From Psammoneis japonica (taxonomy: Eukaryota), in contig QPGO01000103.1 in NCBI GenBank assembly GCA_008632985.1, positions 245,718 through 265,717 on the forward strand: 20,000 nt of DNA, written 5' to 3'. The position numbers were made by a program, and so were the translations under genes. Every line of letters begins with the position of its first letter. Positions within the stretch are counted from its first letter, which is position 1. The notes beneath the pieces are model-generated. The model ran no database searches and was not told where the DNA came from. It worked only from the letters and a program-made list of their open reading frames with translations. Of this stretch, positions 18,761-20,000 are shown in pieces.

Positions 18761-19107
18761 TGTAACAAGCGCAAGCACAAAGCAATGGAAGTACAAAGTG
18801 GCGAGGGAGAACAAGAGGCCAACGTGCAATCTAATCATCTGCAGTAGACACCACTTTACTGTGTTCTGTGCAGTTCTTTGTACATTGCACTTTGTGTGCT
18901 TTCAATGGCGTGCACAGCCTCTTTCAATGGAAACAACAAATGTCCTCAAACCAAACGCAGTTCACCAACTAACCTACATTGTAGTGCTGAATAAAATTTG
19001 TTCAGCAACACAACTAAAACTGGTTGACGCACCACACCCCTCCACTCGTTGCTCTCTCACTTGCTTTTCTCTGTCCCTTGCTGCTCCTTTTTCCCAACAC
19101 CCTCCGA

Positions 19108-19518
19108 TCACCCTTCTGCCCCGCCTCCCCACTCCTCCACCGCTTTGGGTTTCTTTCTTTTCCGAGATCCGTTGCGCTTTTTCTTTTGCTTCTTCTTTTT
19201 GTTAGACTTGGGCGTGGCCCAGCATGGATGCATAATCAAGCCGTCCATTGCCGTTCCATCGAGGTCCTCCATGGCCGCCAAGGCGTCTTCGTGCCACTGA
19301 AAAGTCACAAAGGCAAATCCGCGATTTTGTCCATGCTCATTGAGGGGGATGACAACATCCTTTACTGGGCCCCTGCCCTGCATTGTGTGGCGCACGCTAT
19401 GGTGGGTGGCTGTGGGGGGAATTGGGAGGAACACTTTCTTGGGGAAGCGAGAAGTGGTCGTTGTGGAGGCGGTAGTGGTAGTGGCGGTGGAGACGGAGTT
19501 GTTGGAGGAGGCGCTCAT
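19108..19518 (-). CDS. Small single-RRM RNA-binding protein (possibly partly mutated or a pseudogene)
   Basis: 136-aa ORF: KKVFL (RNP2-like), GPVKDVVIP...GQNRGFAFVTF...EDALAAMEDLDG (RNP1), then WA and a Lys/Arg-rich tail. No Tyr in the ORF; it ends in TGA. Confidence 0.7.
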   Translation of the reverse strand: MSASSNNSVSTATTTTASTTTTSRFPKKVFLPIPPTATHHSVRHTMQGRGPVKDVVIPLNEHGQNRGFAFVTFQWHEDALAAMEDLDGTAMDGLIMHPCWATPKSNKKKKQKKKRNGSRKRKKPKAVEEWGGGAEG

Positions 19519-20000
19519 GTTGGAGTTCTAGTTTGTCGATGTGTTGGGTCTGTGGATGTTTGAGTTTTGGATTTTGTGAGACCAAAGGGAGGTGCAGAAA
19601 AAAAAGTAGAAATGATCACGATTCATTCACAACACACGTTTGAAGATGAGGTCGCACGTTTGACGTTTGGGTTTGAGTTTGGATTAAGTCGTGCTTGCAA
19701 CACCGCGAGCTCTACCGGTTCCACTGTTCGCTTCTGCCCCCTGCCCAGGCAATTTTTCCTTGTGCTTCTTCTCATGAGCATGCACCAATGCTGTGGTGAC
19801 GTTTACCAACGCCGCACAAACGCAGGCACGATTCGGCTCAAATGCGTTTTGATCTTCACGACTCCGGTTGTTGGGAATCAGACCGGCTACCGTAACAAAC
19901 AGACTCAACGATTGTGCTCTGCTTCCATAAATTGTACACCTTGACATTTTGCTTCTGACCGACAGCGCATGGCTGCTCGAAATGATTGAGTTGATGACAC

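Noticed and set aside
17888..18838. 316-aa hydrophobic minus-strand ORF as a membrane protein
   Set aside because: It lies in the TA-free block, its Leu/Cys/His richness mirrors a purine-rich plus strand, and no family motif is recognisable.

Overview
Eukaryotic DNA, probably from a diatom or related stramenopile (inferred from gene content and compact, nearly intron-free genes). The window is a sharp mosaic. A normal-composition gene island (~10.8-16.3 kb) holds an NAD(P)H-dependent glycerol-3-phosphate dehydrogenase, an FtsH-like AAA ATPase that lacks the protease domain and is split over three frames, and a Ser/Arg-rich protein. On both sides (1-~10.65 kb and ~16.33-18.76 kb, more weakly to 20 kb) lie domains almost free of the dinucleotide TpA and rich in TpG/CpA. 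They contain a ~3.56 kb Mutator-like (MULE) DNA transposon with 32-bp TIRs and an internal 111-bp tandem repeat, plus several wrecked ORFs, including a HET/TIR-like gene and an RRM gene. The main observation is evidence for directional, region-targeted TpA->TpG/CpA hypermutation (A->G on either strand). Tyr codons appear converted to His/Cys, tandem-repeat copies differ at TA/TG/CA sites, and surviving TAs have a biased flanking context. This runs opposite to fungal RIP and is not explained by CpG deamination. It is a candidate undescribed repeat-silencing mutator system; no responsible enzyme is visible in the window.
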